A stretch of DNA of 64,000 bases from positions 248,001 through 312,000 of the forward strand of contig JAHLTZ010000031.1 in assembly GCA_025786725.1 (NCBI GenBank), written 5' to 3'. Below the pieces are notes generated by a model. That model was given only the letters and a program-made list of their open reading frames with translations, made no database searches and had not been told where the DNA came from. A program made the translations under genes and the position numbers. Below, piece by piece: positions 27,251-40,950 of the stretch (the first letter of the stretch is position 1; every line of letters starts with the position of its first letter). The stretch comes from Syncephalis fuscata S228 (lineage: Eukaryota > Fungi > Zoopagomycota).

Positions 27251-27860
27251 CAAACAACAATAAACTATAATAAACTATAATTATTACAACATATATGAAG
27301 ACTGGAAGGGCGGCTGGTGGATAAATGCGGTCAAGTGTGAAGAAAAAAGGAAAGTTATGACGTAGATTAGCAGCTATACAATTGCCAGAATAGATGTATA
27401 GTGCTGTTAGTCAAAGCGATAAAGTAATGCGAATGATAAACTAATGCATTTGGTGTCAAACAGTTATTTTAAATGATATTTGCATAATAGAACTAGACAT
27501 TTGTTTTATTGAATACTATTATTCGTTTGTTGCTACCTCCAGTATTTATAAACTTTACTTGTTTTACTCATTCACATATGCAGATATACACTGTAAAATT
27601 AATGCTACTAATTACATTCTTTTACTTATATATTAATGTACTTGCAATATATATTGTTTATTTATTTACATTACTATTTAATAGTAATTGCTGTCTATAG
27701 TCATATATTAACAATAATAGTATCTATTTATTTATAAGTATTATATATATGATTATTGATGTAGTTATGAGTGTTGCGTACAGTCAAATAGTAGCAATAA
27801 CAATAAGATTTTACGTAAACTAAAAATTACGAACGAGTTGCAAAAAACTGCTTCCATTTC

Positions 27861-27978
27861 AACTACGTTCATTGCGCCTAGAAAGCACCGGATCCCGTCC
27901 GATCTCCGAAGTTAAGTTAGGCCGCGCTTCTGTAGTACTGCGGTGGGGGACCACGCGGGAATGAGAAGTAATGTAGTT
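27861..27978 (+). rRNA. 5S rRNA
   Basis: Helix I AACTACGTT/AATGTAGTT; conserved GAAAGCACCGGATCCCGTCCGATCTCCGAAGTTAAG; box C region GTAGTACTGCGGTGGGGGACCACGCGGGAA; 118 nt. Confidence 0.95.
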
Positions 27979-27986
27979 CCAAGCTA

Positions 27987-28058
27987 TCTCTGTTAGTATA
28001 GTGGCAAGTATACCCGCCTGTCACGCGGGAGACCGGGGTTCAATTCCCCGACAGAGAG
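27987..28058 (+). tRNA. tRNA-Asp(GTC)
   Basis: Acceptor stem TCTCTGT/ACAGAGA plus G discriminator, D-arm TAGTATAGTGGCAAGTATA, anticodon arm CCCGC-CTGTCAC-GCGGG, T-arm CGGGG-TTCAATT-CCCCG; 72 nt. Confidence 0.97.
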
Positions 28059-28061
28059 CTC

Positions 28062-28066
28062 TTTTT
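28062..28066 (+). terminator. Pol III terminator (T5) shared by the 5S-tRNA unit
   Basis: First run of four or more T after the start of the 5S gene. Confidence 0.75.
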
Positions 28067-28101
28067 GCGCCGTAGCGCTTTACTTTTTGCAAATCTAGAT
28101 T

Positions 28102-30742
28102 ATGAAGGACGAATTAGCGCTGGATCGCGGTAGCGACAGCGATCTTTTATTTTTTAAAACGCAAAAACGGTCAGGGGAAGTTGAAGATGGTAGATCGCCA
28201 GATGATCAGCTTCAAAAAAGGCCACGTACTGCAGATCAGTCTGCATATATTCAGGTAGTTCAAAATTCGCTTGAAATTGTTTTAGGACAAGAAAGTTTTT
28301 TATTTGAGCAAGATGAGTTAAATCTATTTAGCATATACCGTCAACTTGCGGGTAATTTATTGTGTATAAAGGAAAGGATTAAACTAATGTTTTAGCATAG
28401 TGTCAGCACAACTGCTGTTTGTTCGGCTATATGCGCGAAAGCATAAGTGGATACGCGTGAGCAGTATTGAATATGATGAGATCAACAATGTTGCCCAGGT
28501 GCTGGTTCAGCTAAAAGCTGCGCAGTTGATCGATCAGCATGATGCTGCAGAGAGAATACAAGAATTACTATATACGCTGACTAGTGAAGAGTTGCGTTGT
28601 CTAGGACGTGTACGATCCACTAGCCAGAGATTGTCAAAAAAAGATGAGCTGATTGAACATATTGTGGATCAAGCTCGAACGCAACGCAGGTTAATGTTCC
28701 AGCGGAATACGGATCAACAGCCGTCATGTCTAGCTATAGATAAAAATAGCGGTTTGAATACATTGCTAGCACAAGTATTGAAGATTACAGGTAAATAATT
28801 AAAATATATATTTAATTATAATAACATCATATAGGTGGCGTAGTTCGTTTAAGTAATATGGCTTTGAATGCATTCAATCGATTGCATACAGTGCGATATC
28901 GCTGTGTGCAAATAGATAGTTCTACTATGTTGTCAGCAACGTTGCTTGCAGCGTTTGGTTTACGCCGTTATCCTGCATATACCGTAAAAAGGTCGTGCAA
29001 AGTCTTTCCAAATCGATCTGCTTTATTAGCATATGAAGCGGCTGTTGCAGTTGAACATAAACTACACGAATTAATAGCCGACAATAGCAGCGAAAGTATT
29101 GAACATGCCTGGCTTCTTTGTCAAGAAAACGAGGCTGTATGGGATCTGACGCTAGTTGAAGCAATGGAAAGCAATGCATACGATAAAAACAACTATTTTT
29201 TAGCTAGATTTACAGCAGGTGAGGTATATATGTAGCTAAAATCATTTGTATTTAACGGTAAATCAGGATGGGTATACACAAAGATTATGGAGCATGGCAG
29301 TGAGTTGCTGGGTCGTTTAAAACGTTATCAAGACGAAGCAGTATTATTACAAAAACTGCTTAATCAGCACAGCTTTCGTTTAGGTACACGTGGTAGCTGG
29401 TATGAACGACTTGCACTGGTACAAGAACGATATTTAAAAGATAAACGAGCTGCATTGGCCATTTGTATCAAAGGAATAGAAGACCCAAATGTTTGGATGG
29501 GTAAGACTAATGTACTTGCTTATTATTTACTGATTTAAGTAATTATTTTAGCCAAATTACAAAGTTTACAGCAACGTATACTTCGACTGCAAAAAAGTAT
29601 TAATTTGCCCATAGAAGAGCGCCGTTGTTTTGATCATATTCAAGTCAAACAAACACCTCAAATATTCATTGAAGGTGTCCGTGCTAATCAAAAAGGACCT
29701 GGAGCCAAAGCTAAATATGTTTTAACAGATGGAAGTGAGGGAACTGTTGAAGAGCTGGCACTTGAATATTATACAATGAATGGCTATCAAGGGTAAATAA
29801 TTAACTATTACAACATATAACAATAGTATTTATTAACTTAATACAGAGTTCATTCAGAAACAAGTATATTAACAACACTGGTAAGTAGTAGTAGTTATTT
29901 GTTTAAAAAATATATCTAATAAACATATAGTTTGCATTATTATTTTGGGACATATTGTTTAGTAAACATGAGGGTGCATTTGAAACACCTGAGCAATCAG
30001 CGCCTTTAGATCTAACTACTGATGCATTTTATATAGGTAAATAGCCAATAAATAGCCAATTTATTTACTATTTACTAAGTATTATTTAAAGGACGCAGAG
30101 ACAAGATTGAGAAGCGCCTAGAACAACTAGCAATGCCGAATATATCTACAAACGACTCAACATTTTATTTAAAGCAATTGGAAAAAATAGATGATGCCGA
30201 AAGAGCACAACTTACCGTTTGTCGAGGTGTTTCTTGGGAGTATTGTAAGGAAGATTTAATGGATATTGCCCAGGTAAGAACCATTTATGATTATTTATTT
30301 GATTATTTAGTAACACATCCATATAGTGTTTAGGTGGGCGTGCATTATCAGCCATTTGCCGAGTATTGGCTCAAGAATATGGTAAACGTGCCTCTGGTGC
30401 ACCTGATCTATGGTAAGTATTAATATAATATAAAATAATGCCATCTAACAATAACTATAGCTTATGGAAGAAAAATGAACGTATTTGCAAGTTTGTAGAA
30501 GGTTTGTAACAAATTTATTACTAATTAATTACTAATTAATTAATTAATACAGTAAAAGGACCAGGTGATCGTTTGTCTGAAACTCAAAAGGTATGCTATA
30601 TATTACAATTCAATATATACTCATACCATTGTTTTTATTGCTAATCTGATTAACATTTAACTGATGGTTATAGATTTGGTGTAATGTGTTCATACAACAT
30701 AATATTGATATTGAAGTATGCCATGTTCGTTTAAGTAAATAA
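28102..30742 (+). CDS. FAN1: Fanconi-associated nuclease 1 (VRR-NUC)
   Basis: LFVRLYARKHKW, RGSWYERLAL, VEELALEYY...GVHSE, LFALLFWDI, QSAPLDL, SGAPDL.LW...FVEVKGPGDRLSETQK.W. Multi-exon. Confidence 0.95.
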
Positions 30743-30983
30743 ATATTATTAAATAGTATTAGCCAGTTCATTGTTAATAGAGAAACACCATTATTATTCT
30801 AATATGCTGTAGTTGATCTATTATATTTGCTAATTACTTTGAATATCAATACGCTGTTTATTACTAATATTACGATACATTTGTTAGTATATAAAATATA
30901 GCCAAATCCCAAGCAATAAAGTAAATAGTAATGATTTAATAGTATGGCATATTTATTTATTTATGTATATAGATACATTACTA

Positions 30984-32101
30984 TCATGGTCTACGTTCAG
31001 GCGTCCGCTGCTGTAACGCAATGTGATCTATTTGTCGCAACTCTGCAGCACTAAAATCAAAGTCAACACAGTATATTGTGCCTATCGTTAGCCTACCCTG
31101 CTAGTAATGCTTTCAATCGTAGTAATGCCTCAACAGCCCGTGGTATTTGTTCAGAATCTGGCGAAACAGCCGTGGCTTCAACAATCCAATCGGTATCAAC
31201 GGGTGATGCACTAGCGATTGATTGTCGTACATTTAACTAAATACACGTCAGTTACTACCTTTAATCATACACACACCCACTACCTTGTAGCATTGATAGA
31301 CGTGGACTTCAATCGTTCCGTCGAAAATAAATAGGTAGCCACGACGAGCATATTCCAATAGAAATCTATATAAATTATTCAATAAATGATGATTGAATAC
31401 ATTTTAAAACAGACCCATAGCCCAATGCTGTAGTAAATAGCAATGCATTGCCTTCAATATTAGTCTGTAAAAAAGGACGAACAGTTACTTGTCGGCCTGG
31501 ACGTGTTTCTGGATGGCCATATTGACCAAGTAGCCTTTGTTATTACAAAATTAAATATATCCACTATCGATGAGTATATGTATAGAAATAAACAGGTATA
31601 CTTACCAATCGCGACAGTGTAGCACGTCAGTATGAAGTTCATCGTGTCGAATCCAATCGGTTGGTGATATATCACGTCGTAACCGTAGCTGAACCTCTTG
31701 GGCGGTCAGGGCAGTGGTAGTTTTACGGTTATCTAAGTCATAGATAATCTTTTGCATTAAGATCTAAGCGTGCATGCATGCAGTACTTACTTACCAGTAG
31801 GTACAAACGCTATAATATGGTCGGCAAACGGCTTTCCTGGGCCATGGCCGCATATTGCTTCAAGACGATCTAGTAAACGCGTACATACATTACCTGAAGT
31901 AACACTAGCATGAAGCGAAGCTTCATACTGACCGGCATTGCTAGCGTTACTAGCACCGCCACTAGCACCGCCACTCGCAACGCCAGCTGTAGTAGCTGTA
32001 GCAGCAGTCAATGATCCACTGGCCAGATTGGCTGGTGGCCCAACGCTAATACCAGCCGCTGAAGACGGCACTAGCATATTCGGTTGTAGTTGACCTGACA
32101 T
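30984..32101 (-). CDS. MED18: Mediator subunit 18
   Basis: QYEASLHASV...LLDRLEAICG...HIIAFVP, AQEVQLR, LEYARRGYLF, WIVEATA. Several introns. Confidence 0.75.
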
Positions 32102-32625
32102 ATTGTAAATGTAAATGTAAACGTATAGAAATAGTATTATGCAATGGGTAAACTGTATACTAAAAGCCAAATAAAATAAAGCAATATAGCTATTGTTACA
32201 AAGGCGATATTACACATATACACACGTCTTTTGTGTTTATATTGTTTTGTTTTGGGAATCAAATAGATTTATTTGGTAATATTTACGCAATTGAACTACG
32301 CAGTCGTTCTATTAAACGTGGAGCTAAGTGATGAATAACATTAGCCATCGAATTACTCATTATTATAGTTTGTAAGCCTAACTAGTCACAGGCCTTTGAA
32401 GATATACGTCACCTCTATAGCTGTAATACATGGGTAATATGCACTTAATATAAATACACACATAAGTATATATCTCTTAATAAAGTATTGATCTTTATTC
32501 TGTTGCTATTTTATTGCTGTTTACTGTGAATTCTATTACAGTAGCACGTAGTGATAGCTAGCTAGTTGATTAAAGCAGTATTATTTGTTTATTACTCGTA
32601 AATAGCCAACGTTTAGTTTACAATC

Positions 32626-33279
32626 ATGGATAGTAGCCACAACGATAAACAACCAACGTTTACTGAAGATATCGACTTGTTGGCTGGGTTTGCCGTCACT
32701 CCTCGGTTAGATTGTCCACACGTACTTGGATTACAAACAACTTTACAGTCATCAATACCGCATTTTAACCGTAAGTTATACAGCCCTGCTTCTTTATAGT
32801 ATTCATAAGCCATCAATGCTTTAGTTGATACACCTTGTCAAGAGTGTCAAGATAAAAGCGAGAATTGGCAATGCCTTACCTGTAATAAAGTATTCTGTAG
32901 TCGGTAGGCCATGATAAATAAACAATATATATAGACTAGCCATTGATGTATACAAAATAGATATGTTCAAGGTCATATGGCTGAACACACAGCTGCTCAA
33001 GAGAAAGCACCAGAAGATGAACATGCCATATGTATAAGCTATTCAGATCTATCTTTCTGGTGTTTCCGCTGCAATGACTATATAGAACACCCAGTATGTA
33101 AATTATTATATTCATAATCCTTTATTTATTTATTATATATTTATTAGATATTAGAACCTGTACGATCTGCCCTACACATGGCCAAATTCAACACAGTACC
33201 TGGAGAACAAGTAATAGTACTGAGCCATGATACAAGCAATAAAGATGAATCGTCAAGTGCCAATCGCCCCTGTAAATAG
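32626..33279 (+). CDS. Stand-alone ZnF-UBP (BUZ) protein resembling the HDAC6 C-terminal domain
   Basis: Spliced translation: FAVTPRLDCPH...CQECQDKSENWQCLTCNKVFCSR|YVQGHMAEH...HAICISYSDLSFWCFRCNDYI...LHMAKF. Three introns; missed by the ORF track. Confidence 0.85.
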
Positions 33280-33345
33280 TAATGTATAAATTACAAGTTT
33301 ATTCTGTAGTAGCATTGTTGTTGGCCATTATCATCATCGTCATCA

Positions 33346-33924
33346 TTATCCCGGTCCAACCTAGTTTAATAAAGTTAGACTATGATCGTTAAATAAAAAT
33401 ACAAATAAGTACCTTTGGAATATCGTAATGTTCACTTAAATTGCCCAAATACTCGTTGAATTCCTATTTATATTCCACATTATTAGTATACTGTTATTAG
33501 CATGGCTATTAAAATACGTACAGCTACTTTTTCTTTATGTGATTTGGCAGCCGCCTTCTTAATTCTATCCTCCTCCTAATCATTATAATTAGTATTGCAT
33601 TGTAATTTAGTTATTTATTTATCTATTAGGCAATATTTATCTTATTACTTACCCGTTTACGCTGCACTTCCTCAAAGCGAATCTCAGCTTGTGTTTTGCC
33701 ATCTGAATATTCTACTGCACCAGAAGATGAGTCGATTCCTGCATCTTTTAAAGCAGCTACCAGCTTTGCCTTCTCTTCTTTCTTCTTCTTTTTACTCTTT
33801 CTATTGATTCTATATTTAAAGGACTGATACTTGTAGATCTATCGACTTACTTTTTAATACCACCACCACCGCTGCCGCCTTTTATCTTCAACGATGATCG
33901 AATAGTTAGATCATAGTCCGACAT
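33346..33924 (-). CDS. FAM32A (DUF1754) protein
   Basis: MSDYD...[52 protein letters not shown]. Confidence 0.9.
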
Positions 33925-34267
33925 GATGATTAACTAGGTAATCCACCAGAACTATGTTCAATAGCTGTAAGGGATAAGTAAAAGAGTCTAGAGTAAATTC
34001 AATCAAGGTTATGTGATATGACAAATGTGTGTGTTTGTGTGTGTATCTATTTGTGTACCTGTCAGTGTATTGAAGTGAAAATGGAATGCACCCAGTTTGT
34101 AACAGCGGCTATTATCGGACCGATTAAACTGTTTTTTTATTTTTGATCGGCAATTACATATCCGTGTCTTCAGTTATCTTTAAGTAATTATTTTTATTTA
34201 AATATCAGGGGGAGAAGCTTATATTTGTCATTATTGGCAGAACAGTACGCTTAGTATCAAATTATTT

Positions 34268-36007
34268 ATGTTTTCTTTAGTTATGGCATTTCTACAGACC
34301 ACTTGGGATTGGTTGACATTTACGTCGCGTGTACATTTAATACACCATCCTACAACCCTGCTATTAAAATATACTGACGAGGATAGTAATGAGTCAACTG
34401 CCACCGATACGACCAACGATACGTTGAACAAAGGTGATACACTTAAAAACTACTTATCTCCTCGGTGTCCGTCGTTATTTGGTCCCAAGGCTTTTTATCG
34501 TTCGACGCCATGGCTAGCCAATGGACATTTACAGACAGCATGGGCCGCATTTAACGACTTTAACGAGTGCCATAATATTGTTTATGACCGGTAATGAATA
34601 GTAGTTAAATAGATATTATATATATATATATATATATACTAATGTAACTATTGTAATAGTGAAATGCTTAATTTGCCCGATGGAGGTCAGATTGCTCTTG
34701 ACTGGACACCAGCCCGTCCTACACCAGAGACAGCATCTATGCCAACATTCATTGTGGTTACTGGATTAACTGGTGGCAGTCAAGAGGCTTATGTACGCAG
34801 TCTACTTGAACGATTGACCGTAGTCGATCCCAATCATCCAGATCGTCAGCCTATTTGCCGTGGTGTTGTTATGAACTTCCGTGGCTGTGGTAATACTAAA
34901 TTAACTACACCACGACTTTATTCTGGTGCATGGACCGATGATCTACGCTATTCTGTATCTTATATAAAAAAGAAGTGTCCAGATGCACCCCTTGGTGCGG
35001 CTGGCTTTTCACTAGGCTCGAATGTGCTAGTTAAGGTGCGTTGTATTGATATTAACTATATATATACATATAGCTAGATATTAATCATAATATATAGTAT
35101 TTGGGCGAAGAGGGCGACAAGTGCGACTTTAAGTTTGCCATGTCTATTTCGAATCCATTTGATCTATTTCTGTAAGTTATAAGTGCCAATAGAGGAGTAA
35201 GCTTTAACCAATGAATTAGTGGATCGATTGTCTTGGAGCGTACATTCCTAGGTCGCAACGTTTATTCTCCTCAGCTATGCCGTAATCTACAACAGTTATA
35301 TATAAAACACTATGATCAATTGAAGGATGATCATCGTTTAGACGCTGAGAAGATATTAAATGTAAATATTGGTATTTATAGTATTAATAGTATCATTGCT
35401 AACTGTAGTATGGTTAGGCAAAGATGTTACGTGAATTTGATCGTCATACAACTCGAGCCTCTTTTGATTATGATACAGTTGATGATTATTATCGTGATGC
35501 ATCTTCATCTCGTTGGATAACCCGAGTACGTGTGCCATTACTATGTTTAAATGCCAGCGATGATCCAGTCACTTCAATAGAAAGTGCACCTTTAGATGAA
35601 GCCAAGTAAGTAGTGTGTGTCATTTAGACGAGTGACATACTAATGATGTGTAGAATCAATCCATATGTTATTGTTGCTATGACATCTTGTGGTGGACATA
35701 TTGGATGGTTTGAGAATATGTTTAATCCACGTCGATGGTGTGATAGACCATTGACCGAATTTGCCACTGCTATGTTTTCTGTAAGTAGTTTAAATGACGT
35801 ATTTGTATGTACATTAGCTAATCTGTAAATGAATTACAGCTTAATGCCACCTATGATACTACACAAGTTATTAAACCAGGTATACCACCACGTATGTTAC
35901 CTGGTTCATTTTTAAATGCTGGTCCAGTTGGACTAACTGCCTCATCCACACTTATACCCACCTCTGATATTGTCAAAGATGATAGTAAATTAAGTGTTAT
36001 GGCTTAG
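34268..36007 (+). CDS. Alpha/beta hydrolase, Eht1/Eeb1/ABHD1-3 family
   Basis: WLANGHLQT, DGGQIALDW, GLTGGSQEAYVR, NFRGC, GFSLGSN nucleophile, EFD...YY..ASS, NASDDP, GGHIGWF. Confidence 0.95.
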
Positions 36008-36206
36008 TAATATCAGTTATAGTAAATAAAAATAGTTTATTTCATACACTTAATAAATAGCGTCTATTGTTTATTAGTAAATATTAGTAACTAGATGATT
36101 GTATTGTGTTAAATGGATTGACTTTAATATTTATTTAATGTGATGACAGTGCCAAAATGGATAATTCTATTTAAATACTTTTTTTTATTTTTACAATATT
36201 ATAAGA

Positions 36207-38247
36207 ATGCCCAAGACTAAAAGTAAAAAGAGCAAGGCAAAGCGATTGACGCCTTCAAATACGCCAGAGTCTAAACAAGAGAATACACCTACTGTTACAA
36301 CACCAGTAGAAGTAACACCAGTAAAAACACCCACCAGTACGGTAGTTGAATCTAGTAATGAAAACAAAAAACAAAACAAAAGCTCTAGTAAACGAAAGAG
36401 TAAAAAGAAGAATAAAGCTATTAAAGGAGAACTAGTAACAACTACACCGGATAAACCATTAGAATCTACACCAGTTATTGAATTATTAACACCAAATCAA
36501 CTTGACAATATTTATAATAATAGGAATAATAATGGTAAGTAATCCTGTAACTAGTGTTAATAGATTGATATGTAATAGTCCTTACTAACTATAATATAGA
36601 AACTATTAATGGCAGTATAGATAATGATAGAAATACAAATACAAATACAAATACAAATACAAATACCGACAAATCATTAAATGGTATTGATATGGCAAAA
36701 TCCATGGCTGTATTTGCATCTAAAGCCAAGAAATTACAATCAATAGGAAGACAGGCTATATCAACACTATCTATAGGAATAAGCCATAATATCAATCTTG
36801 TTAATAGTAGTGGTAGTAGCAGTAGTAGTGAGGATGAAGAGGATGGATTACAAGATCTAATAGCTGATGATGATCGAATGGATCCATTAGATAAACAAGA
36901 TATACTTGCCAAACATAAGAAGAAAAAGAAAGAGAAAACAGTATTAGTAAATGAAGTATCTAATGATATTGCTACTATTGATGGTACAAATCTATTAGTA
37001 CAACAATTAATGGATAAAGTAAATCAACTAGAAAATCAACTAAGCAATGCATCTAAATTACACCAAAGACTAAATCAACGTAAGAGAATACCGTGTATAC
37101 TATACATAGTGTTAATATATTAATATATATATTAATATGTATATATATATCTATTAGATTTGACATGTAGTATATGTGTTGAACCATTAAATATGCCACA
37201 TGTCATTCAATGTGGTAAGTAGTTATATAATACATCTATTAATTGTTAAAGAGTGAGTAGGACATGTTTACTGTCTGGATTGTCTACGCCATTGGTTCTC
37301 TCAAAGTAAATCGTGTCCTAGTTGTAGAAGACAATTGACTCGACGACCAGTACCTGTATTGATCCTACGTAATCTAATCGATGAATTACCAAAATATATG
37401 ATATCCAATGATCAACAACAACATAATATATTACATTTATCAAATGAACGTCGAACTGCTTTGTTGGCCAGTCTATTAAAAAGTGATGATCCATGGAGTG
37501 ATTGGTTTCCGGCAGAGACATCACCTACAAGTGTCATTTTAGATGAAGAGGATGGTGTACAGTAAGTAGTTGTATTATAATCTATTAGTATATTAAGCAA
37601 TACTCTATAGTCGGTGTCCTACTTGTGCCTGGGAAGTTGTTGGTCGTAGTTGTGTTAATTGTGGTCTAGTATTTCCACATCTAGATGATGTAGAAGAAGA
37701 ATTGCCATTATCAGCTATGGAAGATAGTGACCATGAAGGGATTGAAGAACAACATAGTGAAAATTCATTTATATGTAGTGATGGACATGTATCTTATGAA
37801 TCTGATACAGGGGATGAAGTAGAAGAGGAAGTAGAAGAGGAAGAAAAATTTGAAGATTTTAGACAAAAAAGACTAATCAAAAAGCATACGATACCAGTAA
37901 TTGAATCAAATGAAGAAGAAGAAGAAGAAGAAGAAGAAGAAAAAGAAAAAGAAGAAAAAGAGTTAAAACAAAGAAAGAAACGTAATATATCAATCATTGA
38001 ATCAAGTGATAATACAGATAATGATGATGATGATGATGATGATGAGGAATTACAAACACCTGTATTACGTAAAAGACATTTTAATAATAACCAGACTATT
38101 ATTAAAGGACGAAGAAGACAACAATTGTTAAGTGATACAGAAGATACACCAATGGAACAGTCAAGTGATGATACATCTGTTGTAATAGAGACTAGTAAGA
38201 AAGTAAAGAAGAGACGCACTCAACGGAAACACCGTAATAACAAATAA
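36207..38247 (+). CDS. RING E3 ligase, Psh1-like
   Basis: CSICVEPLNMPHVIQCGHVYCLDCL..WF....SCPSCR RING, DEEDGV.RCPTCAWEV....CVNCG second Cys motif, acidic C-terminus. Confidence 0.8.
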
Positions 38248-38302
38248 ATTAATAAATTAATAAATTAATAAATTAATAAATTAATAAATTAATAAATTAA
38301 TA
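38245..38302. repeat. (TAAATTAA)n microsatellite
   Basis: About 7 copies directly after the stop codon of the RING gene. Confidence 0.9.
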
Positions 38303-38434
38303 ATAACATTCTGTATACAATAAATAGTGTAATAGTCCATATATTATATTGAAGAACGGTGATGGTAGAGGGATAATAAAGCAGGTTATAGATATCATTT
38401 TGTCTTTTACTAGTTATTAGATAGACGGGACAGA

Positions 38435-39231
38435 TTAGAACCAGTAATAGCGTAGATAGACAACAAGGATCATAGCCAGTATGACTACAGCAGGTAGACC
38501 GTATTTACGATAGAGCATCTCTAAATTGAGTCGTTTTGCATCTCGTCGATATTGTGCCGATTGATCACGTAACGTGCTTGACATTGTGCTCATACCTGAA
38601 AATAGATAGTTAATAGATTAAATAAGTTAAATAGATTAAATAGATAGTTAATAGTTAATCTATGTTATACTTACGATCTAAACTATCACCACGCCATAGT
38701 AAATCTTCCATATTCTTTGTCATAATTCGATGTACATCTTGTAAATCTTCATTTAATTTAGTCAAATTACTTTGAGCACGTGTATCTTGATAGAGACGCT
38801 TTGTTTTTTGCATAAATGTATCTATATACATATATGTATATATATAAAGTGTTAATTAATATATAATTACTATATAGCTACTTACCAAACTTGATAAAAG
38901 CATAGGGACGCAGTCCTTGTTTCTGGGCTTCAGCGCCATAGCTTGCATCAAACTCTTTCGACAATTCATCCAAATAAGAGAAGGCTAGTTTACGTGGATA
39001 GGAGCGATCACACACACATAAGTAACAGATACCATTATTGATAAGATAGTGGAAGGTAAATGTGTTGGCCTCAACAGAACAACGTGGTTCTGAATTAGGC
39101 GTCAATTTACGAAAGAGAATCTTGGCCTGCGACTTGGCTTCTGTCAATTCTGATTCCGATTGTTCATCGTCAACTGATGCTGCCAATGGTAATGCATCAG
39201 CTACACGAGCAATAATAGTAGTGCGCACCAT
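38435..39231 (-). CDS. SEC22: Longin R-SNARE Sec22
   Basis: TIIARVADALPLAASVDD, YPRKLAFSYL, RPYAFIKFD, LQDVHRIMTKNMEDLLWRGDSLD, C-terminal TM. Confidence 0.97.
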
Positions 39232-39461
39232 AGTTATCAATAATGAGTAGATGAATTAGAACAGTGATGGTGTGTGTGTGTGTGTAGTGAAGAGAGAGAG
39301 AGAAGTAAAGAAGTAAAGAAATAGAAAGGGAATAAAGAATACCATGAAAGGAAATACTGCCACGTCAGAGATTAATTTAGAATCATCATTATCATCATTT
39401 GATGGATCCATTTATAATAATAATAATAATAATAAAGGTTATTTGGTTATTGTTATTCATC

Positions 39462-40941
39462 ATGTCGACTGCATCAGTTAAGTCGTCTACTTCTACTACT
39501 TCTACTACTACTTCTACTAGTCAAGGGTATATAAATAGGTTAGGTGATCACTTTACTTTCCGTAATACATTATGGGTAGCTATTATTCTACGCACTGTAT
39601 TACTGATCTATGGCGAGTGGCAAGATGCCACTATGACCGTTAAATACACGGATATCGATTATCGTGTCTTTACCGATGCTGCTCGTTTCTGTGCAGAAGG
39701 TGGTTCGCCGTATGAACGGGCCACCTATCGCTATACACCACTACTTGCTCTACTACTTACACCTAATATATGGTTACATATGACATTTGGCAAAGTGTTA
39801 TTTGTAGTGGGTGATTTGATGGCCGGATGGCTTATTCAACAACTATTGACCCTAAGAGGTGTGCCCTCCTCTATGGCGGTTAAATACAGTGCACTCTGGT
39901 TACTTAATCCATTTGTCGCTACCATATCGACTAGGGGCAATGCCGAGTCACTTTTAGGGGCACTCGTACTATTGACCCTTTATTATTTAACTGTGAAGCG
40001 TATTGATGCAGCGGCTATTATATTTGGTATTGCTGTACAGTTGAAGTTCTATCCAATTATCTATGCCCTGCCATTTTGGTGTTTTATCGATAATGATTAC
40101 ACGGGTCGTTCATCAGGACCAGCGCGTTCTCAAACGATAAAACAGCGTTTACATCAATTTATACTCAGTGGACCACGACTACGATTTGGTTTGATAGCCG
40201 GTGGGGTATTCCTTGGTCTATCTATGGCTATGTATGCCTTGTAAGTAATTATAGCCATACCGACTAGTTCTAATTATAGTATAGATATGGATGGGACTAT
40301 CTAGAACATACCTATCTATACCATGTTACACGTCGTGATCATCGACATAACTTTTCTGTATGGTTCTACAATATGTATCTTGGTTCTTATAGTGAAGAGG
40401 GTGCACCTAAATTACTGGCTTTCTTGCCTCAATTACTGCCGGTTATTTGTTTGGGTGCAGTCTATGCTAAAGATCCAGCATTTGCGCTATTTACTCAAAC
40501 ATTTGCATTTGTAGCCTTTAATAAGGTGTGCACGTCACAGGTAATTGGAATAGCTAGTATAACTATAGATAATTAATATAGATGTAGTATTTTATGTGGT
40601 ATCTATGTCTATTACCACTCGTACTGGCCAGTAGTCGTATGCAGTTTTGGTGGCGTGGTATTACACTTATTATCACTTGGGTCATTACACAGGTAGATAT
40701 TAATTACGATGACCAGTATTGATTACAATAATTAACCATATAATAGGGGTTATGGCTTAATTATGCCTATCAATTGGAATTTCTTGGACAGAATACATTC
40801 TATGCACTATGGCTAGCTGGACTATCATTCTTTATGGCTAATGTGTGGATATTGGTTGAAATGATCCAATGGCATGACTATAGTGCGTGGTTCTACCAAG
40901 GACAGTTACGTCGTGTACAATCCATAAAGTTAAAGAATTAA
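39462..40941 (+). CDS. GPI14: GPI mannosyltransferase I (PIG-M)
   Basis: VKYTDIDYRVFTDAA, SPYERATYRYTPLLA, ISTRGNAES, RRDHRHNFS, FNKVCTSQYFMWY. Confidence 0.97.
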
Positions 40942-40950
40942 TGGCATTTA

